A DNA stretch of 64,000 nt from Gnetum montanum (lineage: Eukaryota > Plantae > Gnetophyta): assembly GCA_015680685.1 (NCBI GenBank), contig MNCI01000651.1, positions 1,851,832 through 1,915,831 of the forward strand. The letters run 5' to 3'. Below, piece after piece: positions 38,881 through 52,187 of the stretch (its first letter is position 1; each line of letters begins with the position of its first letter). A program made the position numbers and the translations under genes. The notes beneath the pieces were generated by a model. That model was not told where the DNA came from. It was given only the letters and a program-made list of their open reading frames with translations, and searched no databases.

Positions 38881-39254
38881 TCCCTACTCTATGACCATTT
38901 ATAATATTGTAGCCCAACCATTTTCAACACTTATAGCCAATATAGCTAATGCAACCATCTATAACATAGTCATTTACAATGTTTATAGCCTTAAGACCTT
39001 AATTCCATAAAGCCGTGATGAAACTACAACACTAGAATAATATAAGAAAAATTAAAATTAAACCTTAAAATTTAAAATATTTATAACAATACATAGCCAT
39101 AGCCACATTATGTGGCAAAGTGTCCAAGTAATAATAAACAATAATCATAAAATCATCCATGAAAACGTTTTTGCTAACACTAGCCATCAACATCAATAAA
39201 AAATAAACATCATGTTATCAATGGTAAGAAAAAACTCATGGGAAACTAGAGGAT

Positions 39255-41330
39255 GCTAAGGGGCATCTAGAGAAGAAGGTGATGGGTCATTGTCAACCTC
39301 ATTGGTAGGGCTACCAACATCCTCTGGTGCCTGAAACATAAAAAAATAAAACTAAACAATAATCAATAACAAATTTAAAACTTAAGAACAAAATTAAAAC
39401 AAAAATATAAATATGTCAAAGCTACAAGAAAATTTGCTCAATGACCTCTAGGGGTAGATGTTGAAGACCAATATCCAAATGATGGAGAATCTAGTCTTCC
39501 ATCATGTTGGCCTACTTAACATCCCCAAAATTAATGCATGTGAGGATGTTTGTTGGATCTACGCTGATCTAGTTAGGTGAGTCTCATGACACCATAGTAG
39601 TATAAGTCTCAACTATGGCCATAGGAATTTGAGGAGTAGGAGATTTAGCCACCATGAGGGTACTTTCAAAGAGCTGGTAATCACTCTCTACTTAAATCCC
39701 CTAGATGAACACCTCTCTCTTGCATCATTCAGTCATTTCTTCCTGAAGCCACTTAAGGTAGGCCTCTTGATTGGCCTTGTATCTTCTTTTATGATGTTTT
39801 TGTATCTGACCCTATTCTAGGACCCAAGCATAATAGTCCTTCCAATCTAAAGATCCATCTACATTTGCTACTCTTGCATTTCCCTAGAAAATGCCACCTT
39901 GACATGGATGATATTCCAATAGCAGGTCCACATGATCTCTTTGATCCATAAGCTCACTAAGTTAGGCACTTGGGCTTCAAAAAGGGCCTTGCAATCCTAA
40001 AGATCCTTGATTATCTGAGGCTGCCACTTAATCTTCTCCCTTAAGACCATAACTTGGTCCCATAGGGATTCATTGGACCTTTGGAATTCCCATGAAGTTT
40101 TTACACATGAAACTACAAGAAGAGTAGAAATTTCATATAACTTTATGGGTACACACTAAACATCAGAGGGAAGCTTTGCCAAGGAATTAAAATCTGTGTC
40201 GTAGGTCATGTTCCACTCTTCTAATGGCACAAGAAACAACACACAACCTTAACTATAACAATGAGCATAATTTAAGACCTACGTAGCCATAATAATATTA
40301 TGGATAACATAACAAACCATACTTGTTCTTAGCTTTCTTCTTCTTCTTTAGTGAGGCTTGTGTAGGGGTTCTAGCTATAATGATCTTCCCCCTAACATGC
40401 TTGGGGCCCATCCACCAATTTTTTGCTATCTCAATAGCTACACACTTCTTGTAGATGGGGTTAAACTCACTGGTATATTTATCAAAGTCACTTCTTAACT
40501 GATCATATACAATGATCCTAATTTTTGGACCTTTGGTAAATACACTCAATGTAGTTTGAGCCATCACCAAGGTCTAATCATTGCTAATTAAACCTTGTTC
40601 ATTAACCCTATACCTACAAGACATGCATATAAATCAACAAGTTAGAGAAATTTAAGTAAGCCAAAAATATCAAAACCTTATAATAACCATGCTTACCCCT
40701 ATAGGTGATACACGGTAAGTTCTAAAATAGTGTGTGAACTCTGTGTGCTACCATTAAAGTATTATCAACATTATATTGAGAATAATCTAGAATTTTTTAG
40801 ATATCAAATAGGTAACATGTGTTGATGGTATCCCTAGTGTCCACCGACTTCCCTACTGTCCAGGTTTTAGGATTTTTAGTTATGAACTTGATGATTAGTC
40901 TAGCAGACCCAAGCAGTAGTGTCTCCACTATGACACTAGCTACATTTGCAAACAAGTATGACCACATCATCATACTAAAATTATGTAAGATGTAAGCAAG
41001 GAATTCCCTTCCCCCTGACAGGAACCATAATGAGCCCCACTTAATAACCAAATCTAGGAGGAAGGTGTTGTTCTTAGGTTGGTTGATGCAACATAGGATG
41101 TCCACAAACTCAACCATGATTAGGATGGGCTTTAATAGGGCCCTACATAGAAACAACACATCATTAAGATCATACTATGTTTAATTTCTATATTATTGGG
41201 CTCTTGTTGCTAGTGCCTCTCTTCTTCATGGTTGCAACGCTACAAGAAAAAGCTTGGAAATTTGATGAACAAGAGCTCCAATCCTGACTTAAATGACTTC
41301 TAGATCTATCATGCTAAAGTTGAAGATTGC
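39255..41330 (-). pseudogene. Multi-exon extra gene, antisense to element B
   Basis: ORFs 40797-41159 and 40298-40570 and exon ~39450-40230 align with the + strand gene in element A; intron 40614-40696 (GTAAGC...TAG); last acceptor TTTCAG at 39331; ends approximate. Confidence 0.75.
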
Positions 41331-41549
41331 TTGGAAGAAATATCTTTTCCAGAGCTCTAATCCAACGCACCATGAAAGAGAATGATATTTTTGTGTGTAA
41401 TTCTTGAAGAATAAAACATAAAAACTAGACCAAAACCTAAATACTTTATTACATGTCCTCGTTGCCAATTTTGGACACTAAAAATCATGGTGCACTAAGG
41501 TGAAAAAGGGTAAAGTCTTGCAAATCATGAAAATGGTGGGATTTAAGAC

Positions 41550-44500
41550 CAAATTCAAAAACTTGAATTTCTTAATGTGGACCCCACAATACGCCTCCAA
41601 TGTATGATGTTCCAAGCTTGGAAACCTCACCAAAACTAAGGTTTTAACTTCTTTGGAATACATAAAATAGACCATAACCTTATCCCCCCCTTATACCCAT
41701 GCTAGGCAACATGGACTCCATTCCTTTGACCATATAACCTCACCTCTTGCCATTTTTAGTTGCTCTAGTAGATGTTTTCAAACCCTAGACTCTGGAAGGA
41801 GGTAAGATCTTGTCAAAACTTGCTACTTTGGACATCCAAGGGGATAACATCCATACCCACCCTTTGGTGCTCACCAAGCCTTGAATTAACCCTAGGGTGG
41901 ATCCCACATAGCCTTAAACTCTCCAATTACCCTTGGTAGATCTAAAACCTTATCAAAGTTAGTCAAAAGTGCTCAAAACTTTCTGATCTAGTGGATCCTT
42001 GCTAAGGGGGGCCTCATCCATGCTACCTAGCATGGCAAGAGCATGAATAAAAACTACCAAAATCAACCACACAATTATCATATTTTGATTCCCACATCCC
42101 TTATTAGTCTTTAGTAGCCTAGATCCATCTAAAACCAAGTCGATATTCCCCCTTTTACCTTCTCGAATTTTGTGAACCACCCACCCACACTACTTAGCAT
42201 GGGAGTAGCATGGATACCTTGCGTGTATACCATAAAAACCTTTTCTAAAGTCTTGAATAACCAAAATACATGAGTCAATTTTCACTGCTATTTCCTTAGC
42301 CATGCTGATGAACCCCTCAACCACACTACCTAGCATGGATCTAGTGTGGGTCCTCTAGGGATATGTAATAAGACCCATGACATAGCCAAAAATAGCCTTT
42401 TGACTTACCCTACTGACCCCTCAACCCTTTTAGAGCCTTCAAAAGACTTCCAATCTCATGAAATCCACTGAAAATAGAAAAAAGCTAGCATCCCACTCCC
42501 ATCCATGATAGGCTCACACTAGCTAGTGTGGCTTAGGGGGAAGGACTACATGGACTATCAAGGATGCCTTATAGCTATTTATTTTGATACCAAATCTTGA
42601 TCTTCAATCCTTGTAACACTAGCCAACATTGACACCCTATCAAATCTTGCTAAAAGTGGCTAAAACCATGCATTCAAGTGGAGCCATGTTGTGGGACATC
42701 CTATTCATAATGGACATTGTTTCCCTAACATGGATGAAAGGGGGTAAGACAAAATATTACTAGAATTTATGTCAAATTTAACATATGTTTACCTCCTAGC
42801 TCCTTAGAGTCTCCAGCAATAACAAATGTAACAAAATATACTATTTTGCATACCCATCACCGTATTCACGTTGGGAAGCCCCCTCACTCATGCTAGCTAG
42901 CATGGGTATTAAGGGGTTGATCCATTAAAGGTTTACAAACACCTAAAAAAAACTTCAAATTACCCTAAAATAATCCTAGGACTTTGTCAACACTACCAAA
43001 AGCCAAAATCCTAATCAAAATCAACCAAAAAAGGAAAAAGGATACCCCTTTATTTCCTACACTAGAGCCACATTGGGTAGTATTGCTCTAGTGTTGCAAA
43101 AAGAGGGTAACCTTGAAAACCTAGCAAAAGACTTTAGAAGTGACATGTTTCAATCCTAGACTTCAATCATCAACACTAGCAACCCTGGGAACATTCATAC
43201 ATGGTCAAAACCTATGAAAAATAGTACAAAGCTATCCCCCTTAGGTTATCCACATTGGCTAGTATGGCCCAAACATGTCCTTAAAGGGGTGACCTCGAAT
43301 ACCACCTAGACACCTCCAAAATTGCTAAAGTTTGATCCTAAATCCTAGCCCTGTAGCCTGGAAACCTTGGATGCTGACATGCATAGTTAATTTGCTATCA
43401 AACTAGCCTAGATTTGAGATCTTGATATATCCATGCTAGAAGAAGCCTAGTCCATGTTGGGCAAAATGGCTTTGGTATGTGTGAGCTACCTTTCCACTTT
43501 TTGCAATAGATAGACCCTCCCAAAGGCCAAAAACCTACACTGGCAAAGCTTAAGACCTCACAGCCTTGAGTTTGCCCCTTCAGCCATGCTGGATCAACAC
43601 TATCTAGTGTGGATTAGGGGCATATAACCATGCATGGTCCCAAATAGGCTTCAAACTGTTTGACTAAAAATTAGAGAAATCACTGCTTACAATCCTAGAA
43701 ACCTAAGAACTTGGTTGATTTGCTTCGAAAACCATCCCAAGACCAAAAATCAAGTGTGTTCTCCTTGAGCCATGCTAGCGAGTGAATCCCCAACATGGAT
43801 ACACCTTCAAACTTTCTTTAACCCTTCAAACCCATATCTTTGGCCTCAGATTAACTTTGTTTCTTCCTAGTACCATCTAGATATGAATTATCCATGCTAG
43901 AGCCATGTTGGCCAGTGTGGCCTTAGTGTTGGTACATCTTCCATTGAGATATAACACTCAAAACTTATTCAAAACAATCTCAAATCTTGGTTAGGAAGCC
44001 CAAAACTGCTAAAAACTTGACCTCAATTGTAAATTGGCCTTTTATTCATCATTTTTTATCATCCATGCTAAATCCCCCCTCCATCCACACTAGGGCCATA
44101 CTACTTGGCATGGCTCTAGGGGTGAAACATCTACACCTATGTTTTCAGCAATTTTGATCTCTGTAATAATCAATTTTCACATATCCTACATTGTGATGCC
44201 TTAGCAAGGCCCTGGAACCCCAATTTCAACCCTCTAGATGCCATGAAAGTCATTTTCCCTGGTATCTACACTAGGGCCATGTTGGCCAGTGTGGCTCCAA
44301 CGTGGGTGGTAGTTCTAGGCTTTAATGGGAACTTCCAAGGGCTAACTTTAACACCAAAATTGACCTCTTTACTTCCTTAGTCAACTATGCTAGACATGTA
44401 ACTCATTGAGAGTCAAAAACTATCCAAAACAAGCTTGGGAAAGTCCCTAGATATCTTATCCATGCTAAGGGTTACCCCACCCATGTTGGTGAGCATTGGT

Positions 44501-44600
44501 ACCCTAAAAACCATGATCTTTTACATCAAACAACCTTGAAACCATCTTTGTTGATGCCTACACTCATCTAGCATCATGGTAGCCTTAAACCATGGCTCAC
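41550..44600. repeat. Dispersed degenerate motif array (CCATGCTAG / CCACACTAG...CTAGCATGG / CAGTGTGG)
   Basis: Many copies, often as closely spaced inverted pairs. Confidence 0.6.
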
Positions 44601-45149
44601 TAAGGCGTAAAATTTGAAACATTTTACCCTATTTGACCAGTATTAGTCAATTTTTACTACATGTATTTCATTTTCATTAATTTTACCTTATTTCATAGCG
44701 TTTTTACTTATTTTTGGGCTTGTTTGCATTATTGATCTTTGCTCCCATAAATTGGCCTTAATCTTCTTATATTCACTTTATTTTCTCTTATTTGGCCTTT
44801 GTATACCCTTGTTCAGCCTTTGATTAATATTGAATGGTGGGATTTATTCTTCCTTGACCACCATTTGACACCATGTGACCATGGTCTGCTAAGGCCTAAA
44901 ACTAGCACCATGGCTTACCAAGGCCTAAAACTAGTAAGATTGTAGTCTTTGTTGATCATTTTTGGCCTTATTTATCATGACTCACCTTGTTACACTCTAT
45001 TGGACCCTCATTTGACCTTTGTTACACAACTCTAATGAGACCAACTTAGTATAAATTTATGATTTCCTTATCCTAAATAACAGTGTTGACCTATCTTTGG
45101 CATTCATGCATTATAATTGTATAACATCCCTTCATCATGATCCATCATC

Positions 45150-45280
45150 AAGTCCATTGAGTGTAATACATCTCATTCAATGGAAAAGCCATTAAGTCCA
45201 TTGAGTGCAAAACATCTAATTCTATGGAAAAACCACTAAGTCTACTAGGTGTAATGCATCTCATATAGTAGGAAAAGCAT
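45150..45280 (+). repeat. Tandem repeat ~44 bp x3 (AAGTCCATTGAGTG...GGAAAAGCC)
   Basis: Directly visible in the 3' region of element B. Confidence 0.8.
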
Positions 45281-45752
45281 GTCATAATTAACCTTGGTAA
45301 TGAAACCAAATGAAGCTTTTACCCCACAAAAAAATCAGGAAGCAAATTTCCATGAAGCTGAATGAATAATAAAGACCAAGAACCCAAATAGATGATTCCA
45401 AACATGTAAAGGGAGGAGCCTAGTAGTCAAAGAAACCTTGGAGAAATATGTTGGAATCTCAAATGCATTTGCTAAGTGATCAACATCTCAAACCATTGAT
45501 TGACCATCATGTTAGTGCATAGGCATGATGTCAACACTTGGAACACATTGTTAGTCCTCATGACCATTTCCCTATAACTGCATTACCATCATCATAGTCC
45601 TAACCCATAATCACAAGCACTCTTTGGCATGGTTTGACACAACTGAATAGAGTGTAGAGAGGGAATTTTGGTGATGGACCTATAGTGATGTTTTATATTC
45701 TTTGTCAATGCCTTTCAAGTCAATCCTTTAGATACTAATAAAGAGGGGCCAT

Positions 45753-47255
45753 TGAAGCACCACAAAGATTTCATGTTGTAGCCTTTCTAATCCTCATCCC
45801 ATGAAACCCAATGTTAAACTTCATTGTACATGTGAATATTGCAACCCAAGAGGTATAATCTCACATACTTTAAATTGTTGAGGCTGAAAAATGCCTCATA
45901 AGTGGTCAAAGCCTTGTACCCCAACTTAAAAAGGCCATATAATGCCTATATTTGGGCTTGGAAGGTTAAAATTCCTTTTGGAATTCTAAAATTGGCATTT
46001 TGATGAGTTTTATAGGTAGTGTAACATTTTCCAAGTTAGAGATACCCATTGGAGGCTTATAACTTACCTATCAAGGGCATAACTCATCTACCAGGGATGT
46101 GTCCCTTCTACTCCCAATATTGAAGGGTATGATATCAACCATGCACAATGTGGGGGGTAGGGAGGTATAACCTCCACCCCCCACCCCCCGCAAGCATTGA
46201 TTTTTCATCCCCTTAGTGTTGCATCATTTCCCCCTATGTTGCTCTAGCATGACCAAGTTTTCTAGCATAACACTAACTCCAGTGAGGATCCTACATCCTA
46301 TTGTTGCTATTGGAAGGCATAGCATGGGTGGAAGAAGCCAATGGAGGTGAAGTTCCAATTTACTATTTTTTGTAAACAAAATGGCTATGGGGGTAAAACA
46401 CTTACCATGCATAGTAAACCCCCTAGATTTGAACACCCACCACACCTAGATGTAGCTAGAATTTATAGTAACTAAGTCAGAATTTGCAACACTAATTAGG
46501 CATAATTTGCATCCAAATTTATGGCCCAAACCTTATAAAAACCAAGCCCCAAAATCATGTAAAGGTTCAAAGAATTTAGACATTTCCGCACTTTAAATTT
46601 TGAGGCATATTATAGCATTCAAGATCTCTTGCAAAACTTGCATCCACGGAGCTTCTTGAAACCCCCATTGTAGAACCACACCCTGCTTGCAACCATTATT
46701 ACCCCTTTGCTCCCTATGAGATTTATGAGATTTTTTTGCCAACTCTATGCCCTTGTGAGCAAAAATTCCCAATGTTTCTCACTTGGTTGGTCAAAATCCC
46801 TCACAACTCTCATCCCATGCATTAGCAACATTGCAAATCTAGTGTGGTAATAGTGAAGTTTTGAAAGCATTAGGAGTGGAAAAACCTTTGGATCATGTAG
46901 TTGATAGTTGTAGTTTGAACTGACTCTTAACCTCTATAAAAGTAAACCCCCTTGATGCAATAGGCCATCTTGTACACATTTTCTATATCCCCTTTATTTT
47001 TTTTAAAATAAAGTCTAACGTTTCATTTATGGGCAAGTCTCTTCAACTATTTCATCTCAATATATTTATCTTTTAGATCTATATTTTTGCATTTTTTTAA
47101 TCTCATTTTTCCCTCCTTAATTCCCTACATGATCTACTGAATTGTCTATGGAACCTCAAATCCTATTTTTGGGGAGGCCCTTAGGATCAAAGGTTAAGGA
47201 TTTCACACTAGGAATTTCTTGGTTTCTTTTGCAATTAATATTTTTAGTTGCTACA
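45753..47255 (+). repeat. 3' LTR of element B
   Basis: Preceded by PPT 45740-45752; direct repeat of 32616-34068. Confidence 0.88.
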
Positions 47256-49680
47256 GCTACCACATCATTAATATGTACCCAATGTATCTTATATTGATTA
47301 ATCCTTATTATTATAAAGAATGTAGCTCTTGAAACCTCACCATTTTGTGTATTGGTCTTTAACTCACTATCATGAAACATCAAAGGTAGGAATATCTTCA
47401 CTAATAGAAATGGAGGTTAACATCTTAACTAAGGTATTACAATGAGCACAAGAGGTCATCACCAAGTCATATAAGCTCAAAGAGGTATTTTTCTATTTAA
47501 GCGAGAGCTTGACCTACTCCATGGCATTGAGGAAGCCTTTGTCATTATTCAATGGTTTTTCATTTTTTTCCACTTGACTTCCTCCATTCTACCCAAGATT
47601 TTCACTTCATGTTTTAGTGTTTATTGTTTAGGCCTCTTTCCTTTCTCTTATTTTCGATTACCTTTCCTAGTTTAACTTGTCGAAGCAACTTGAGCATTTG
47701 AATCCATGGGTATTGTTGAAATAGAAGTAGGCTTTGGTGGACCTATCTCTTCCACACCTTTGATTATTTTTTTCCCTTATCCTTAGGCTTATGAGATAGT
47801 CTCTTATGTTTTTTTATGGCAATCTTTTGTTATCCAGTTGAGAAGAGATTGAGGCATTGGCCACCATGGGAGGACATTGGTCACTTTGGGTATGGGCTTA
47901 ACAGTGGTAAGAGGAGGCACTCTAATAATAAATGGTTCTTTGGAAGGCATAGGTGATGGTATCATTATGAAAAAAGGAGTCCTTGAACTTGATGAAGTTG
48001 AAAATCCTTTCAACATGAGGAGGTATTTGATTCACAAATGGCTCCCTAGTAGGTTTAGAATTATTATTAACATTGAACGTAGCTATGGTATATAGATCAT
48101 TGTTGGCATTTAGTGGATCCTTGTACACTTGCATGCTTTGGTTTTAGGGCCTAACCATGTTAGGTGTATCTAAGACTAATTTTTCACCATCTATCATTTT
48201 CTACAAATTGTTTTTCAACATCAAGAAAAAATCAATGTCATGGTTGGGAAGCTAGTGATAATGGTAGAATTGGTCTAGTTTAAAGTATTTTGAAATGTAT
48301 GGATCATCTCTTATTTCTATGGTGGGATTCGTAGTGATCTCACACAAGTGATCATGCCTCTTACAAGTGTTTTTTGTTAGCTATTTGTACTATATACATC
48401 CACTTCTGATCAACTAATTAAGCATCTCAAATGATTTCATAGGAAATTTTGTATATTTGGACTAGTATTTTCTTTCAACGTTTGGACTAGATAGGTTAGA
48501 CATTAAAGCATTGGATGTTGAAGGTTGAGTTAAAATGGCAAGAGCCTTTGCTTGTATTATCTTTGGCTCCTACATAGTTTTTGTACCTTTACCTACTATA
48601 GCCACACCTACATGGTTTTGTTTTCCCTTATCCTTCCCTTCTCATGTTTTGGTTCTTATATGTTATGTGAGTAGGGCCATTACTAGTTTTTGTAGCATCT
48701 TTTATATTTTTATTTTGGAAGAAAGCTTAGCTAAGTGACTGTGGATCTAGGTAGTATAGTTTAGATTTTACAAAATCATTAACTATCCACTTGACGATGA
48801 CCAAAAGGTATGTCTTAGATATGGGCTTAGGTATGTCAATGTGGATGACATTCCATCTCTATATGAATTTTTGGATAGGTTCAAGGGGCCCCTATTTGAC
48901 CTTCATAATCTAGTCTAGTGTGGTGTCAAGTTTTAAGTTGTACTTAAAATAGTTAATGAATTATGAAATCAAGTTCTTTAAAGAGGAAATAGATCCTCTA
49001 GGTACCACATCGTACCATTCTAAGGCTTTTCTAGTTTGGAACATAGGGAAGATGTGCATAATAATATGGGGATTGGATCATAATAAAAAGCACTCAGAAT
49101 GAAAGATGATGAGATGTATGCTAGGATCACCTTCATCATTGTATTTGCTAAAGTAAGAACTTATAATGCCCATGGGTAGAATTATCTATGGGATGGGAAG
49201 ATTACTAGGGTCATTTTAATAGAAGTCCATAATTTTTTCCTTTTAGGTGATGAAGAGCTTAAGCTTCTATAGCTCTTCAGTGAGGTCCTTGATAATTTGG
49301 AACTATTGATCTAGGCTTTGAGGCATCTTTATGGGTTATGGAGGTTAAACTGATGGCTATGGGAAAAGATGGATGGCCTAGGCTCATGCTATCAACATCG
49401 GTATAAATGGGAGTGGTTGCATAATCATGGGCATAAAACAACTAAATAGGAAAAAGGAGGTTTGAGTTGGGACATAAGGGATAAAGGAGAAAGAGCGAGT
49501 TTGAGAGACTTGTGAAACCTATGCTCCTAAATAGAGGTCCACTAGGATGAAGAAAGGAGGTGGTGTGAAGGATACCACTAGTGAAGGGATCAAGAGGTGA
49601 AAATCTGATCAAGTCCTCATTAAGAGGCTAAGAGATTTTAACCATGGGGCTCTTTGAAGATGAGTAGTTTATGTAGACAT
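47256..49680 (-). pseudogene. gag: Element A gag and N-terminal protease
   Basis: rc FSKYNDEGDPSIHL...KALEWYDVVPRGSISSLKNLI (gag); RINQYKIHWVHINDVV (protease start, ORF 47156-47401). Confidence 0.82.
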
Positions 49681-50759
49681 TAGTGTAACTTTGGATCTAT
49701 AGGCTATAAAGCATGAGAGAGAAAGAAATAGTTACATTAATATACAATTAAAATAAGAAAAAGAGTTAGAAAATATTTCAAGTTTGCTTACATAAAACAA
49801 GGAGAGTTAAAAAAAATTGGAAATTTTTCAAGGAAGAGATAGGAAGAAGATTCTAATTTCTAGGGAAGGAAGAAAAAGTTTTCTAAGTACGAATAGAGAT
49901 GTATGAAATTCTCTAAGTCTTAAAAGAATGTTAGAGAATTTTCTAAGGCACAAAGGAGAGAGAATTAACAAATTTGCATAAGAAAATAAGGAGATCATGA
50001 AAAAATGTTTTAAGTATAACGAAGTAAGAAAAATATTGGAAACATTCATGGTAAGGTAAGGGGAAATTTTTCTAAGGACTGAAAAAGTTAGAGAATTTTC
50101 TATGGCACAAAACCAAGATGGATGAGTTATAAAAATTTTCTTAGTTCTGAAGGTAAAACCAGAGTCCAAAAATTTTCTAAGGCATGAAAAATTAAAAGCT
50201 AAATGTAGAAAATGTTTCAAGTGTAAAGCATGAGATTAAGAGGAAATATTAGGATCTTCAATTTTTCTTTAGGATATATATTTTTGCTAAATGTAATAGA
50301 TCTGTATTGAAATGTACTTGCATGAATATTTACATGGAAATTGAAAACTATGGTACAAGAAAATATTGTTTATGGATTGTTTGTTTTATGTATTTATGTT
50401 TTAATAGTTTTCTATGTTTATGGGATTTTTAAGTTTTTTTTTGTTTTAATTTTCTATGTTTATAGCTTTGTGATTTCTTTAAGATAAAAATGGATCACAC
50501 ACTAAACGAAACATGTGATAAATTGTAATACAAAGAAGAGTAAATACTAGAGAAATGTGATAATCAAGACTATGATAAACAAGTAGGCATGATTAAAAAT
50601 AAAAATGTGCAATAATTGAACTAATGTAAAGAAGCTAAAACTAATTTCATATTAAGAAACATATACAAAAATAAAAGATAAAGAAAGATAAAACAATAAA
50701 AGGAGAGAAAAGAATTAAGACTGTAATGCCTTAGTAATGGATTTTTTAGTGTTATACCT

Positions 50760-52187
50760 AGTGGAAATCTTTATGCTCTTGATAGATTCAACAATTTCTA
50801 GCTCATCAAATCCTATATTCATGAGTTCATATGTGCTAGATGACTAAGAATAATTTTATTCAAATTCGTTACCTTCTTTTGTTAAGGACATTTAACCAAC
50901 AAGAGTAGGTTAAGATCCTTAAGCTAGTCTCTTCCAATATATATAATCATGAAATAGTTGGGATTTCATGATTGGCACACAACACTATTTTTCTATTCTT
51001 ATAAGGGAAGTATATTTCTTAATGCAAGGGTGATAAAACAACATGATGGTACACTATCCAAGATCATTCTAGAATAGCATTAACTCTAGATAAATCTCTA
51101 ATGATAGCATATACAATCTTAGACATGATCATGATCCCTATGAAAAATAAAATTTTATTTTTCCTAGGATTTTTATTCTATCACCACTAAATAAAAATAG
51201 AGATGAATTGTCATTAGAGTATGTGACTTTCTTTTCAAGGTTGAGACACTCAATGACTATCCATGATATAACATTAGTTCCAACTCCATCATCCACATGC
51301 ATCAATTATAGAAACACATTTTCTCCAATCCATATAGTAATGTAAATTGGAAGCTAGAATATGGTACCCATTAATATATGCATTTGATGTTCTCCCCCTT
51401 AAAGTCGAAACATTCAACTTCATAACGTCGAGGATTGAGCATTAATAAGATCACATGAACATGGGATTGAACGTTTGAAGGCACTGTGATGAATTTTAGC
51501 ATCTTCTCCAATACCAAACAATATTCCTTTGAAGTTTAAATGAGGGCAAAGAGAAAAATATTTTTTCTTTCAACTTCATGGTAGTAGTAATTAGGGACAT
51601 AGCCTTATTTCTAGAAGTTGAGTTTCTAGTAGCTAATATACGAGAAACAGCATTAGATATGGTTGATGTAGTTGAGATAATAATGAGAGTCGAAGGATTT
51701 GCATTTAATGCATCTTGAAATGAAACTTTCCTTTTATTTGGATTGTCAAAAAAATTCCTTCTCTTTCCCTTTGTCATCAATTGTTACATCATGTAGGCTA
51801 AGTTACCTGGGGTAGACCAACTTCCCTATAATGTAGTCATTAATAGCTTCTTTAAAAATGTCTAGCAGCTAGTCATCAAGTAACTAATGTATGAGCTCCA
51901 TGATTGCGAACATTCATCTAGAGATGAATTTGGAGATAGATTCATTATGAGCTACTCTAATGAGGAGATAGATCCATGGGGGAGTGATATGTACCATTAA
52001 AGTGCTTTACCAATCAAAGAGTTGGAAAACCTTCTAAGGATGCTATGAGATTAATTGGCAAGTAGCACGCATTCATTACAAAAGGTAATAACATGATTCA
52101 CAAGATTAGATTCTCCATTATACTTAATGAAATTTGATAATGAAAGGCCTTTAGGAATTTAAATGAGAAAAATCAAAGAACTAATAG
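50760..52187 (-). pseudogene. gag: Highly degenerate Tat-like gag-protease remnant (element C), probably continuing at 62247-62769
   Basis: rc FIKYNGESNLVNHV...FSNSLIGKAL*WYISLPHGSISS; split by the chromovirus insertion. Confidence 0.7.

Larger units (their letters stand above)
32616..47255 (+). mobile_element. Non-autonomous Tat-like element B (gag-pro plus antisense gene, no RT/RH/INT)
   Basis: ~1.5 kb LTRs TGAA...GCTACA, PBS, PPT AAAGAGGGGCCAT; inserted in the protease of element A. Confidence 0.88.
11638..49700 (-). mobile_element. Tat-like (Ogre/Retand-type domain order) element A, LTRs not found, with nested insertions
   Basis: Collinear minus-strand gag (49.2-48.5 kb), protease (split by element B), then RT-RH-second RNase H; assigning all parts to one element is an inference. 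Confidence 0.65.

Noticed and set aside
45150-45280. CRISPR-like repeat-spacer array (also 38590-38880, 55905-56175)
   Set aside because: Units are contiguous degenerate tandem repeats without unique spacers, in eukaryotic retroelement context with no cas genes.
49828-50220. 130-aa minus-strand ORF with repeated LRKF
   Set aside because: Arises from degenerate AAAATTTTCTAAGG repeats in the presumed 5' UTR of element A; no homologue in B.
51380-51400. Copia-type PPT (rc AAGGGGGAG)
   Set aside because: No adjacent LTR or copia domains; lies within a Tat-like gag-pro remnant.
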